DNA from: an uncultured delta proteobacterium
Lineage (GTDB): Bacteria > Myxococcota > Kuafuiibacteriia > Kuafuiibacteriales > Kuafuiibacteriaceae
Assembly (NCBI GenBank): GCA_963803435.1
Contig: CAWDML010000003.1
Coordinates: 32,001 to 96,000, forward strand
DNA: 64,000 nucleotides
Direction of reading: 5' to 3'
The number at the start of each line of letters is the position of its first letter. The first letter of the stretch is position 1. The notes under the pieces are model-generated. The model searched no databases and had not been told where the DNA came from. It saw nothing but the letters and a program-made list of their open reading frames with translations. Below are positions 12,140 to 22,696 of the stretch, in pieces. Position numbers and translations under genes: made by a program.

Positions 12140-13372
12140 TCAAGGGTGGAGGAGCTCGAACGTCAGCTCTCCGGCGAACGTCGGGCCTGCGATGATGAGA
12201 CCGTCGCCGAGCGGGGCGGCGGCCCAGATCTCCCGAATGCCCTCGAAGGACATGGGGCACTCCACCTCGCCGTCCGCCCAGCCAATCCGTCCCGAGTCGT
12301 CGGCGTAGAACAGGCCCCCGTCGTAGTCGGCGAGGACCTGAACCTGCGGGATCAAGCCGATGTCGAGGGTCTCCCAGCGCCCGGGGCCTCGATAGGCGTA
12401 GACCTCGCCGGTGGTCGAGCCTGTGACCAGGGGCCCGAGCCGGCTCGCGAGCGCGGTGCCGAAGGAGAACTCGACCGACTCGGGCACATCCTGGTTCGCG
12501 GCCGCGCCGTCCCATCGCCAGATCGAGTTGATCACTCCGGCGGAGGCGGCCACCTGGCCCGGGCCCAGCCAGAGGACACCGCCCTTGGAGAACGTGAACC
12601 CGGGGAGCTCGAGCTGCGCGAGGTGCTCGACCTTGGTGCCGTCGAAGAGATGGACGTCGCCCCTGTTCGATAGCATCGCAATCTGCATCGACTCGCCGAC
12701 GTCAATCCACCGGAGGTAGTCGTCGGCCGGGAAGTCGACAATCGGCTCGAAGCGGAGGGGCCCGAGCTCGACGCGGAGCAGCGCGTCCCGGGTGGCGATG
12801 ACCGCACCGGAGGGACCGCGTGCGGCGGTGCGGACGTCGGCGAGCGTCGCGGTCTCGACAATCACGCCCTCCACGTCGATGCGCATGAGCTCGTCGTTGG
12901 CGCCGATCAGCGCGGTCCCGTCGTCGAGCGCGACCGTGATCGGGAAGTGGTCCGAAGCCGTGCGGCGAACGGGCTGATTCTCCAGCTGGGGACAGCGCTC
13001 CGCGTGGGGCGTTCCGTACGGCTCGAGCACGGCGGGGCGATCGCTCTGCTCCGTCCACCCGTCGAGCCGCCCCTCGCGAAGCTCTGCCGTGAAGTACGCG
13101 CCCGGCGGGAGCGGATCCCGCGGGGGTGCGATCGGCGCCAGGCGCCCCGGCGAGAGCCCGGGCGGGCGCACCGCGTAGACCGCAGCGGTCAGCGTGGCGG
13201 CGTCCTCGAAGGCGCGCGAGAGCCGGATCGCCGGTGTATCGAGATCGAAGACCTCGACGCTGACGTCTTCGCCGGACTTGGTCGCGAGGACCATCAGCTC
13301 GCCGTCTGCAGGAAACGGCAAGCGCTCGATCGCACCGACGCTGCACGCCGAGCAGAAGAGCGCGGGGATCAT
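12140..13372 (-). CDS. Hypothetical lipoprotein, probable beta-propeller C-terminal region
   Basis: MIPALFCSAC lipoprotein-like start; repeated short beta-strand motifs; long ORF. Confidence 0.65.
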   Translation of the reverse strand: MIPALFCSACSVGAIERLPFPADGELMVLATKSGEDVSVEVFDLDTPAIRLSRAFEDAATLTAAVYAVRPPGLSPGRLAPIAPPRDPLPPGAYFTAELREGRLDGWTEQSDRPAVLEPYGTPHAERCPQLENQPVRRTASDHFPITVALDDGTALIGANDELMRIDVEGVIVETATLADVRTAARGPSGAVIATRDALLRVELGPLRFEPIVDFPADDYLRWIDVGESMQIAMLSNRGDVHLFDGTKVEHLAQLELPGFTFSKGGVLWLGPGQVAASAGVINSIWRWDGAAANQDVPESVEFSFGTALASRLGPLVTGSTTGEVYAYRGPGRWETLDIGLIPQVQVLADYDGGLFYADDSGRIGWADGEVECPMSFEGIREIWAAAPLGDGLIIAGPTFAGELTFELLHP

Positions 13373-13470
13373 CCAGCGTGTCGTCACGATCCGTCCGCGG
13401 GCCGAGATCGATCTTGACCGGTCTCCTCCGCCCCGTCCAGGCGCGGTTACCACCCGCGGATATCGCGGAA

Positions 13471-13550
13471 GTTCAGTTGAGATCCGAGAGTGTCGGCTGC
13501 GACCTGAAGACTGTCGACGCGGGCCTGCGCCCGCACGATCCCGACTGAAC
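13471..13550. repeat. 80-bp intergenic element with 14-bp imperfect inverted repeats
   Basis: GTTCAGTTGAGATC ... GATCCCGACTGAAC (12/14 match), with internal hairpin GCGGGC-CTGC-GCCCGC. Confidence 0.45.
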
Positions 13551-13575
13551 CTCGAGCGTTCGAGGCGCAGCTTCG

Positions 13576-14163
13576 CTAAAAGTAGTACTGTCCGGTGATC
13601 CCGACGCGGAAGTTCTCGATGCGGATGAAGTCGCCCAGCTTGAAGTCGGGCTTATCGATGTTCCGGAGCATCGTCGATTTGATCGAGCCGACCCCGGGGA
13701 CGATGGTCGTGAACTCAGCGCCCACCGCGAACTTGTCCCGGAGGTAGACCTCGAACCCGCCGCCGAAGTGGTAGGTGTTGGTAGGTGACGTGAGTGTGAT
13801 CAGGTCCTTCAGGTGCGAGCCTCCGTAGCCGGCCTTCAGGTAAATGCCGAAGCGCTCCGCGTGGACGGGATAGAGCATCGCGCTCACGCGGTAGGCGCTG
13901 GCGAAGACCAGCTGGGTGTCGCCGTCCCACCCCTGCTTGGGCGCATAGCCGAGCTCGAGGGCCACGTAGCGCAGGATCTGGAGGCGGAGGCTGAGGGTGG
14001 CGCCGAACGACCCATCGGTGTCGGCGCGGTAGTCGCGCACGCGCTCGTAGCTGACAGAGGAGCCGAGGCCGACCGTGAAGAGAGAGTACGTGCCGGCATC
14101 GGCGGTCGCGGGCAAGAGCAGGAGAACTGGAATGACCGCCGTCGCGGCGGTGAGGCCCCTCAT
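13576..14163 (-). CDS. Small outer membrane beta-barrel protein
   Basis: Signal peptide, alternating amphipathic strands (YLKAGYG, HFGGGFEVY), C-terminal YYF. Confidence 0.75.
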   Translation of the reverse strand: MRGLTAATAVIPVLLLLPATADAGTYSLFTVGLGSSVSYERVRDYRADTDGSFGATLSLRLQILRYVALELGYAPKQGWDGDTQLVFASAYRVSAMLYPVHAERFGIYLKAGYGGSHLKDLITLTSPTNTYHFGGGFEVYLRDKFAVGAEFTTIVPGVGSIKSTMLRNIDKPDFKLGDFIRIENFRVGITGQYYF

Positions 14164-14199
14164 ACCGAGGGAACCGACCGGTCGCCGTCGCGCTGAAGG

Positions 14200-14973
<774 letters not shown>

Positions 14974-14986
14974 CTCTCCTCCTGAC

Positions 14987-17482
14987 TCAGTCGACCGTGA
15001 TCGACTTGGAAACGTTCTTGGGGACGTCCGGATGGACGCCGTGGTTGGGGAGGCCGATCCAATCGAGGTAGGCCCTCTTCTTCGAGCTCATCTTCAGCGC
15101 CAGCCGCTGAAGGGCGATCGTGGCGGTGAACACGGTCATGAGCGTGTCCTCGGTGCCGGGGAGCGTGACGTAGACGGACCGATACCCGGCGTTGCCCGCG
15201 GGCGCCTTGCTGGAGGCGCCCCGCAGGGCTGCGCTCTCCTCGGCGATCACGACGGTGGTCGCCCCCCGGATCTTGTGCGTGTTGATCTGCGAGACGGTGA
15301 GCGCCACGTCCCGCGGATCGGGGCCGGTGATGAACACCAGCGGATAGTCGCGGTGGAGCGCCCCGAACGCGGCCTCGCGATCGAGCGCTGCGCCGATGGC
15401 CGCGCGGTCGGCCTCGGAGAGCCGCTCGAACGCGCCCGGATCGAAGAGCGAGGTCACCAGCGCTCCGCCGAGCCGCGGGTCATCGAGCCGGTCGAGCGAC
15501 CGCGCCAGCTCGGCGAGCAGCGACGCGATCTGGGACGGTCCGAACAGCGTGTTGCGCCCCAGGATGGTGTTCGGACCGTGCTTGAACTCGGAGCCCTCGA
15601 ACCCTTCGGTGTGGTTGAGCACGACCTCGCGCAGCTTGAGCGCGCCCTCCTTCGCCACCGCGTACAGCCGCGTGGCCAGGAGGTGCATGCTCGGCGTCAG
15701 GTAGAGCAGGGCGGCGGCCTCCTCGAGCGCGCCGTCGGTCTCGACGATCGTCCTCCGGATCAGCGCAGGGATCCGATCCCAGGTGGCGATGCGCGCGCCC
15801 ACGTCCCGGCCGCGCCGCTGAGCGAGCCGCACGGCCAGGCAGTAGAAGACGCAGAGCTGATTGATGAAGCTCTTGGTGGCGGGCACCGCGATCTCGGGCC
15901 CGCAGCGGAGCGGGATGACCAGCTCGCTCTTCTCCTGGGCCAGCGTGGAGTTGAGGTTGTTGACCAGCGCCACCCGGCCGATCGGGAGGCCGGTCTCGAT
16001 CACCATGTTGACGACGTCGATCAGATCCTTGGTCTCGCCGCTCTGACTGACCGCGATGAAGAGATCATGCGGCCGCAGGCAGGCGGCGTACTGGCCGCGG
16101 AACTCGCCCGGGAGCAGCGCCAGGACCTCCACACCGGCCAGGTCGTTGAAGAACAAGCACGCCGCCTTGGCCGCGTGAAAGGAGGTGCCGCAGCAGACCA
16201 GGTAGATCCGCCCGCCGTGCTCCACGGTCTCGAGGCAGCGCGCGCAGAGCAGGTCGATCGCTGCCCCCGCCTCGTCGATCTCGGCACCTTCAATCAGCGC
16301 GTCGAGCACACGGGTGGCGAGGACGCCGTCGGGACCGACGTCCATCGCCGCCAAGTCGCCGAGGAGCTCGCTGTCCTGGGAGCACAGCTCGCCAGCCTCC
16401 GCACGGAAGGTCTCCGGGACCCGGTCGAGGAGCGCCCGGAGCGCGGGGAGCTCGAGCAGGCGGAGGAAGCGGGTCCGGGTGGCGGCGTCGTCGAGCTGCT
16501 CCCGCACCGACTCGAAGGCGGCCTCGACCTCCGCGGCCTCGGCCCCGAGCTCACCGCCGCGGCGGAGCGCGCGGAGCGCCCGGGAGCCGCCGGAGAAGAT
16601 GCGGATGACGTCGCGAGAGGTGGCCTCCTGGGCGTCGATCTCCTGCTCCATGAAGGTGGTGAAGGGAAAGGCGAGCCCGGTGTCCTTGGCGCGCAGGCGG
16701 GAGCGGACCGGCTTCATCTCCTTCTCGACGCCGTCCATCGTGTAGAGCTGGTAGCCGTCCGGATCGAACTCGACGAACTCACCCTCGTGCATGGGGACGA
16801 GAACGCGCGTGAGCCGCAGGACCGCTGAGAGATCGGAGGAGGCGATCGCAAAGCGGCCCCCGATCGGGTCCTCGCCGAAGCCGAAGTAGAGGCTCGACCC
16901 ACGCTTGATCGCGAACAGCGTCCGGCTCTTGGGATCCACCACCACCGCGGCGTACGATCCGACCAGCTTCCTGGACGCCTCCACCACCGCCGAGCGGAGG
17001 GCGGTGCGGCGTTGCGACGGATCGTTCGGGTCAGCGAGCGCCTTCAGGCGAGCGGCGAAGAAGTGCTCGACCGTGTGAACGACCATCTCGCCGTCGTTGT
17101 CCGAGAGCACCTCGTGGCCCTCAGCGCGGAGCCAGCGCTGGAGCTCGTCGCAGTTGGTGACGTTGCCGTTGTGCGCCCCGTACAGGTGCGTGCGGCAGTG
17201 GACCACGTGCGGCTGCGAGTTCGCGCGATCGACCGCGCCGAAGGTGGCCCACCGCACCTGTCCGCACAGGATCTGTCCGCCCAGCTTCACGATGCCGAGC
17301 CGCTCCACCATCACGCTGGGGGCGCCGACGTCCTTCCTGAGCTCGACCTCCTCGCCGTCGCCCTGGATCGCGGCACCGGTGGAGTCGTAGCCCCGGTACT
17401 CCAGCGTCCGCAGGAGCTCTCCTGCGATCCGGCCGAGATCGGCGCGCCCGCGCTCGTAGATCAAACCGATGACACCGCACAT
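14987..17482 (-). CDS. glmS: Glutamine--fructose-6-phosphate transaminase-like protein, 831 aa with insertions
   Basis: Start MCGVIG (N-terminal nucleophile Cys), LEYRGYDS, RWAT, HNG, CGTSFHA, SQSGETKD, GPEIAVPATKSF, EGALKLRE, KHGP, PKNVSKSITVD*. Confidence 0.85.
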   Translation of the reverse strand: MCGVIGLIYERGRADLGRIAGELLRTLEYRGYDSTGAAIQGDGEEVELRKDVGAPSVMVERLGIVKLGGQILCGQVRWATFGAVDRANSQPHVVHCRTHLYGAHNGNVTNCDELQRWLRAEGHEVLSDNDGEMVVHTVEHFFAARLKALADPNDPSQRRTALRSAVVEASRKLVGSYAAVVVDPKSRTLFAIKRGSSLYFGFGEDPIGGRFAIASSDLSAVLRLTRVLVPMHEGEFVEFDPDGYQLYTMDGVEKEMKPVRSRLRAKDTGLAFPFTTFMEQEIDAQEATSRDVIRIFSGGSRALRALRRGGELGAEAAEVEAAFESVREQLDDAATRTRFLRLLELPALRALLDRVPETFRAEAGELCSQDSELLGDLAAMDVGPDGVLATRVLDALIEGAEIDEAGAAIDLLCARCLETVEHGGRIYLVCCGTSFHAAKAACLFFNDLAGVEVLALLPGEFRGQYAACLRPHDLFIAVSQSGETKDLIDVVNMVIETGLPIGRVALVNNLNSTLAQEKSELVIPLRCGPEIAVPATKSFINQLCVFYCLAVRLAQRRGRDVGARIATWDRIPALIRRTIVETDGALEEAAALLYLTPSMHLLATRLYAVAKEGALKLREVVLNHTEGFEGSEFKHGPNTILGRNTLFGPSQIASLLAELARSLDRLDDPRLGGALVTSLFDPGAFERLSEADRAAIGAALDREAAFGALHRDYPLVFITGPDPRDVALTVSQINTHKIRGATTVVIAEESAALRGASSKAPAGNAGYRSVYVTLPGTEDTLMTVFTATIALQRLALKMSSKKRAYLDWIGLPNHGVHPDVPKNVSKSITVD

Positions 17483-17581
17483 GGGGGACTGCGGCGGATT
17501 CCTAAAGGCAAAGCCGTCGATCCTCAAGCGCCGTCGTCCGGTGCGGGTTGGCCCCTCGACCGGGTGCGGTAAGATGGCGCG

Positions 17582-19207
17582 TTGGCTCCAGCCGAGCTGA
17601 TCGTTTCGGCGGTCATTCCGCTCCTGGTGGCGCTCCTGAACCTGCTGGTGGCGGGCTACGCGCTCACCGCCGGGCTCAGGGAGCGTCGCAAGCTGGCTTT
17701 CGCGGCCGGGCCGGGCGGTGTCGGCCTGTGGGCGCTGGCGTGGTTCATCTCGGTCTTCAATCCGGAGGCCCTCGACAACATGCGCGTCCTCGGCACCGTG
17801 GGAGGCTTGATCGGGATGGCCGGGTTCGCGACCGATGCGCTCCTCGAGCTGCCACGGCGACCCGCGCTCCGGCTGCTGGCGGCGGGCGCAGCGCTGGCGC
17901 TGCTCGCGGCCGGCGCGATCTTCGTCTTCCGAGAGACGCCGCTCGGGCGGCGCTACGAGATCGATCTCTTCGGCGCCGCCTCGCGAGCGGCGACGATGGC
18001 CGCGACCGCGGTGGTGCTGGCGGCCCGCTGGCTCGAGCGCCGAGACCCCGATCCGTCGCGCCGGCGGATGGCGAGGTGGAGCCTGCTCTCGGCGCTCGTC
18101 ACCGGAGTGGCGTTCGTCGCGTTCACGCTGGCTGCGCTCTCCGGCGCGCACGCGTTCGTTGATCCGCTCCTGTTCGTCGTGCTGCTGGCCGAGCTGTTCG
18201 CGCTCGCGTACATCGTGACCGGGCGGATCGATGTCCACCTGCTCCTGTCGCGGGCGGTGACGTACTCGGGTCTCGCGATCTTGGTGGCGGCGGTGGCGGC
18301 GCTCGTGTACGCCGAGCTGGGCTATGCGATCGATCTGGTGGTGGTGGGCGTGACGGTGGCGACCTCGCTGATGGCAGCCGCGCTGTTCATGGGCCTCTCG
18401 GAGCCCATCACGCGGGGCGTGGGCCGCCTGATGTTTCCCGAGCACGCGAAGATCGAGACGGCCCTGGCGGCGTCGAAGGGCGAGCTCTCCGCCCTGCGCC
18501 AGCGGCTGGCGCGCGTGGAGAAGCTGGCGATCGCGGGGGAGCTGGCGGCGTCGGTCGCCCACGAGATCAAGAATCCGCTGGCGCCGATCAAGGGCTACGC
18601 GCAGCTGCTGGAGGAGAAGCTCCCGCTGCTGCCCGAGGACGAGCGCGCCGTCTTCGCGAAGGGGCTCCGCATCATCCGCGAGGAGACCGAGCGGATCGAC
18701 CGGCGCGTGGCGGAGCTGCTCGACATGGCGCGATCGGACCGGGCCGGCGCGAGCATCGACGAGCGCTTCGAGCTCAACCGCGTCGTGATCGAGGCAGCCG
18801 CGGTGGCGGAGGGCGAGCCGGGTCTGCTTCGCCTGGAGCGCAGGCTCGATCCCGCGCTGGGGCTGGTGGCCGGGAACGCCGACGAGATGCGCGGGGCGCT
18901 GCTCAACCTGATGAAGAACGCAGCCGAGGCCAAGGACGGGGCCACCCTCGAGGTGATCACGCGGCGGGAGGGCGAGCGCGCGATCATCGAGATCACCGAC
19001 GACGGTCCAGGCATCCCGCCCGAAGCCGCGGAGCGGGTGTTCCAGGCCTTCTACACCACGAAGTCCGGCGGGACCGGTCTGGGGCTCGCGATCGCGAAGA
19101 GCGCGGTGGAGGCTGCGGGCGGGACGATCGCGTTCTCGCCGCGCACCGGTGGCGGGACGGTGGCGCGGATCGAGCTGGCCCTCGAGGAGGGGCGTTCGGA
19201 TGGATGA
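17582..19207 (+). CDS. Membrane-bound sensor histidine kinase
   Basis: Multi-TM N-terminus; AHEIKNPL H-box; NLMKNA; DDGPGIP; GGTGLGL. Confidence 0.92.
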   Translation: MAPAELIVSAVIPLLVALLNLLVAGYALTAGLRERRKLAFAAGPGGVGLWALAWFISVFNPEALDNMRVLGTVGGLIGMAGFATDALLELPRRPALRLLAAGAALALLAAGAIFVFRETPLGRRYEIDLFGAASRAATMAATAVVLAARWLERRDPDPSRRRMARWSLLSALVTGVAFVAFTLAALSGAHAFVDPLLFVVLLAELFALAYIVTGRIDVHLLLSRAVTYSGLAILVAAVAALVYAELGYAIDLVVVGVTVATSLMAAALFMGLSEPITRGVGRLMFPEHAKIETALAASKGELSALRQRLARVEKLAIAGELAASVAHEIKNPLAPIKGYAQLLEEKLPLLPEDERAVFAKGLRIIREETERIDRRVAELLDMARSDRAGASIDERFELNRVVIEAAAVAEGEPGLLRLERRLDPALGLVAGNADEMRGALLNLMKNAAEAKDGATLEVITRREGERAIIEITDDGPGIPPEAAERVFQAFYTTKSGGTGLGLAIAKSAVEAAGGTIAFSPRTGGGTVARIELALEEGRSDG

Positions 19208-20547
19208 AGTGCTGATCGTCGAGGACGAGGCGAACCTGCGCGAGCTGATGACCGATCTCCTCCGGGAGCATCCGGTCGCGCTCTCGACGGCCGCCTCCCT
19301 GGAAGAGGCGCGGGCGCGCCTGGCCGCGCACCAGCCGGATCTGTTGCTCCTCGACCTGAAGCTCCCCGACGGCGACGGGCTCGACCTGCTGGCCGAGGTC
19401 CGCGCCCGCGGGACGATGTCGCCAGCGATCATCATCACCGCGTTCGGGACCGTGGAGCGCGCCGCGGCGGCGATGCGGGCCGGCGCCTGCGACTTCCTGG
19501 TCAAGCCGTTCGATCGGACCCGCTTCGTCACCGCGGTCCTGGGCGCGCTCGAGACCGGCCGCCGCTTCGAGGACGTCGAGCTTTCGGCGGGTGAGCTGGT
19601 GGGCGCCGGCGGCGGGCTCCGCCAGGTGGTCGCGCTGCTGTCCCGCGTGGCGGTCACCGACGCGACCGTGCTGATCCAGGGCGAGTCCGGGACGGGCAAG
19701 GAGCTGATCGCACGGGCACTCCATCAGAGCTCGCCGCGGCTCGACGGCCCATTTGTCTCGATCAACTGCTCCGCGATCGCGCCCACACTCCTCGAGTCCG
19801 AGCTGTTCGGCTTCGAGCGCGGCGCGTTCACCGGGGCGCACGCGCAGCGCAAGGGGCTGGTGGAGGCGGCCCAGCAGGGGACGCTGTTCCTCGACGAGAT
19901 CGGCGACATGCCGCTCGAGGCCCAGGCCAAGCTTCTGCGCGTGCTCCAGGAGCGCGAGATCATGCGGATCGGAGGTCGGGCGCCGGTCTCCGTCGACGTC
20001 CGGGTCATCGCCGCCACGCACCGCGATCTGGCGAGGCTGGTGGAGGAGGGCCGCTTTCGGCAGGACCTCCTCTATCGTCTCGACGTGGTCCCGATCCGGG
20101 TGCCGCCGCTGCGCGAACGCAGGCAGGATCTCCCGGGCCTCGTCGACCACTTCCTGGCCCGCCACGCGGACCGCCACGGCGTGCGCGCGCCGAGCGTTTC
20201 GCGCGAGACGATGGAGCGCCTCAGGCAGCACGCCTGGCCAGGCAACGTGCGGGAGCTCCAGAACCTGTGCGAGCGCGCGGTGATCATGGGTGCCTTCGAC
20301 CTCACCTCGCTCGATCCGGTGCGGTCGTCGGAGACCTCGACGGTGTCGGTCGACCCCGAGCCTCTCGCCGAGGTGAAGCCGCTGCGCCAGGCGGTCCAGG
20401 AGGCGGAGCGCCGGGCGGTGGTGGCGGCGCTGCGGGCGGCCCAAGGCAACAAGGCGCAGGCGGCCCGATTGCTCGGCGTCAGCTACAAGACGTTGTTCAA
20501 CAAGATCCACGAACATGAGATTCAAGGAAGCGGTCTCGATCGATTGA
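19200..20547 (+). CDS. NtrC-family sigma54-dependent response regulator (probable terminal frameshift near 20525; uncorrected stop at 20666)
   Basis: Receiver domain; GESGTGKE; GAFTGA; LFLDEIG; WPGNVREL; Fis HTH. The alternative frame ends EAVSID* just before mtgA. Confidence 0.92.
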
Positions 20548-20548
20548 G

Positions 20549-21262
20549 ATGGCTCGAAGGCGGCGAAAGAAGACTTGGCGAGGACGCGTGCTCATCGGCG
20601 CGCTGGGCTTGCTCGTCCTGTTCGTCGTGTACGAGGTCGTCACCTGGCCCGACGTCGCAGCGCTGAAGGCCGAGCGGCCGCGAACCACCGCCTTCATCGA
20701 GCGTTACCTCGACACGCACGAGGGCGCCCGCGTGGCCTGGTCCTGGGTCGCGTACGATCAGATCCCGATGGCGTTCAAGCACGCCGTGCTCGCGGGCGAG
20801 GACATCGGTTTCCTCGGGCACCACGGGTTCGCGACCGACGAGATGGCCGACGCGCTGAAGGACACGGTCCTCGAGGGCAAGAAGCTCCGCGGCGCCTCGA
20901 CGATCACGCAACAGCTGGCGAAGAACCTCTGGCTTTCGCCGTCGCGAAACCCGTTGCGGAAGCTCAAGGAGGCCGAGCTGACGCGCGAGCTGGAGGACCA
21001 CCTGTCGAAGAAGCGGATCCTCGAGCTCTACATGAACGTGGTCGAGCTCGGCCCGGGTGTGTTCGGTGTGGAGGCGGCCGCGGAGCGGTGGTTCGGGAGT
21101 CACGCGGCCGAGCTCGCCGACGAGGACGCCGTGCGACTGGCGGCCATGCTGCCGGCGCCACGAAGGTGGAGCCCGGCGATCACCAGCCCGGCCTATCAGC
21201 GCCACGTGGAGGCGATCTACCGGCGGATGCGCGCGACCGGCTACCTACGGGAGAAGCTGTGA
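20549..21262 (+). CDS. mtgA: Monofunctional biosynthetic peptidoglycan transglycosylase
   Basis: EDIGFLGHHGF, RGASTITQQLAKNLWL, RKLKE, KKRILELYMNVVELG. Confidence 0.92.
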   Translation: MARRRRKKTWRGRVLIGALGLLVLFVVYEVVTWPDVAALKAERPRTTAFIERYLDTHEGARVAWSWVAYDQIPMAFKHAVLAGEDIGFLGHHGFATDEMADALKDTVLEGKKLRGASTITQQLAKNLWLSPSRNPLRKLKEAELTRELEDHLSKKRILELYMNVVELGPGVFGVEAAAERWFGSHAAELADEDAVRLAAMLPAPRRWSPAITSPAYQRHVEAIYRRMRATGYLREKL

Positions 21263-21323
21263 TCCGCTCGATCGGTCATCCTCCCGGTTGGCGGATGCGT
21301 GGTGGCAAGGCTACCTGATCGAG

Positions 21324-21839
21324 ATGATCGGCCGGGAACTGAGCGAGGAGAGTCTCAAAGAAGCGGCGCTGCGCTATCTCGAGCGCTACAGCACCAGCGC
21401 CGCCCGCTTGCGGAGCGTGCTGGTGCGCCGGGTCAGGCGGCGAAGCGCAGACGACCAGGCGCGCGCGACAGCGCTCGAAGCGATCGACCGGATCGTGGTG
21501 CGATTCGCCGAGGTCGGGCTGCTCGACGATCGCGCGTACGCGGAGCGGCGCGCGGAGACCATGCACCGTCAGGGCAAGTCGCTGCGCGCGGTCCAGGCCG
21601 ATCTGATTGCGAAGGGCGTGTCCCGGGCGGTGGGGTCGGAGGTGCTGAAGGCGTTCGCGGAGAAGCTCGGCGATCCGGATCTCTCGGCGGCCATCGCGTA
21701 CGCACGGAAGCGGCGGCTCGGTCCGTTCCGGCTCGACGATTGGGATGCGCACCGCCGGCAGGACGCGGGCAAGCTCCTCCGGCGAGGGTTCGACTGGGAC
21801 GTCGTCGAGCGGGTGATGGTGCTCCAGGCTACGCCGTGA
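21324..21839 (+). CDS. recX: Regulatory protein RecX
   Basis: AALRYLERY, GLLDDRAYA, YARKRRLGPFR, LLRRGF. Confidence 0.88.
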   Translation: MIGRELSEESLKEAALRYLERYSTSAARLRSVLVRRVRRRSADDQARATALEAIDRIVVRFAEVGLLDDRAYAERRAETMHRQGKSLRAVQADLIAKGVSRAVGSEVLKAFAEKLGDPDLSAAIAYARKRRLGPFRLDDWDAHRRQDAGKLLRRGFDWDVVERVMVLQATP

Positions 21840-22662
21840 GCGACTCGGACGGGACCGGCGCGGACTTCTCCGGCGCCGGCACCTGGCGGGCTCGCGTGAA
21901 CAGGTAGATGCCGAAGGCGAACGCGATCAGGGACGCATACTGGGCCGGCGTGAGCCCGAGGTAGCGGACGTCGCCGCCCTGGTCGGGACCCACGCGGAGG
22001 AACTCGAGGAAGAAGCGGACCGGCGCATACGAGACGCACAGGAGTGCCGGATAGAACCCGCGCCGGAACCGGAGCTTCGGCCACAGCCGATTGACGCCGA
22101 AGAACAGCGCCACGATGACCACCCACCAGAGCGCCTCTTCGAGGCCGAGGTCGTGGCGGATGCCGCCGGGCGCGTGCACCCCGAAGTCGACGCCGAGGAA
22201 GAAGGTCGTGAGGTGCCCCGGGTGGTCGTGCGCGAACGCGCAGCCGACCCGCCCGAACATCCAGCCGACCGGGAGCGCGAAGGCGGCGGCGTCGGCGATG
22301 CGGGCGATCGACTGATCGGGGTTGCGGAGCGCGAAGATGGCGAGGCCGATCAACGCGCCGATGAGGCCGGCATAGCTGGCGAGCGACTCCCAGATGCGCA
22401 GCAAGGACAGCGGGTCCTCGATGATCTTCTGCGGCTCGTAGAAGAGGATCCCGAGCATGTGGCCGCCGATGAAGCCGGCCAGGAGCAGGTGGCCGAGCGC
22501 GCTCGACATGACCTTGCGGTCGATGCCGATGGCCTCGGCCCGGCGCGTGGCCAGGTGCTCGGCCAGGAGCACGCCGGTGGCGACGAAGACGCCGAACGCA
22601 TGGATGGTGACGATCCCGAGGTCCCACGGACCGAGCTGGAGGTAGGGCAGAGTCCCGAACAC
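21829..22662 (-). CDS. lgt: Prolipoprotein diacylglyceryl transferase
   Basis: IHAFGVFVA, LASYAGLIG, GRVGCAFAHDHPG, RHDLGL, RFFLEFLR, GLTPAQY. Confidence 0.85.
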   Translation of the reverse strand: MFGTLPYLQLGPWDLGIVTIHAFGVFVATGVLLAEHLATRRAEAIGIDRKVMSSALGHLLLAGFIGGHMLGILFYEPQKIIEDPLSLLRIWESLASYAGLIGALIGLAIFALRNPDQSIARIADAAAFALPVGWMFGRVGCAFAHDHPGHLTTFFLGVDFGVHAPGGIRHDLGLEEALWWVVIVALFFGVNRLWPKLRFRRGFYPALLCVSYAPVRFFLEFLRVGPDQGGDVRYLGLTPAQYASLIAFAFGIYLFTRARQVPAPEKSAPVPSESLTA

Positions 22663-22696
22663 GGCGCAAGAACCCCTAACTGCTCGCGTTTGTTCC

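Noticed and set aside
17483-19699. N-terminal extension of the 1570-aa ORF
   Set aside because: It is the antisense shadow of the histidine kinase and response regulator; GlmS must begin at MCG (17482) to expose Cys1.
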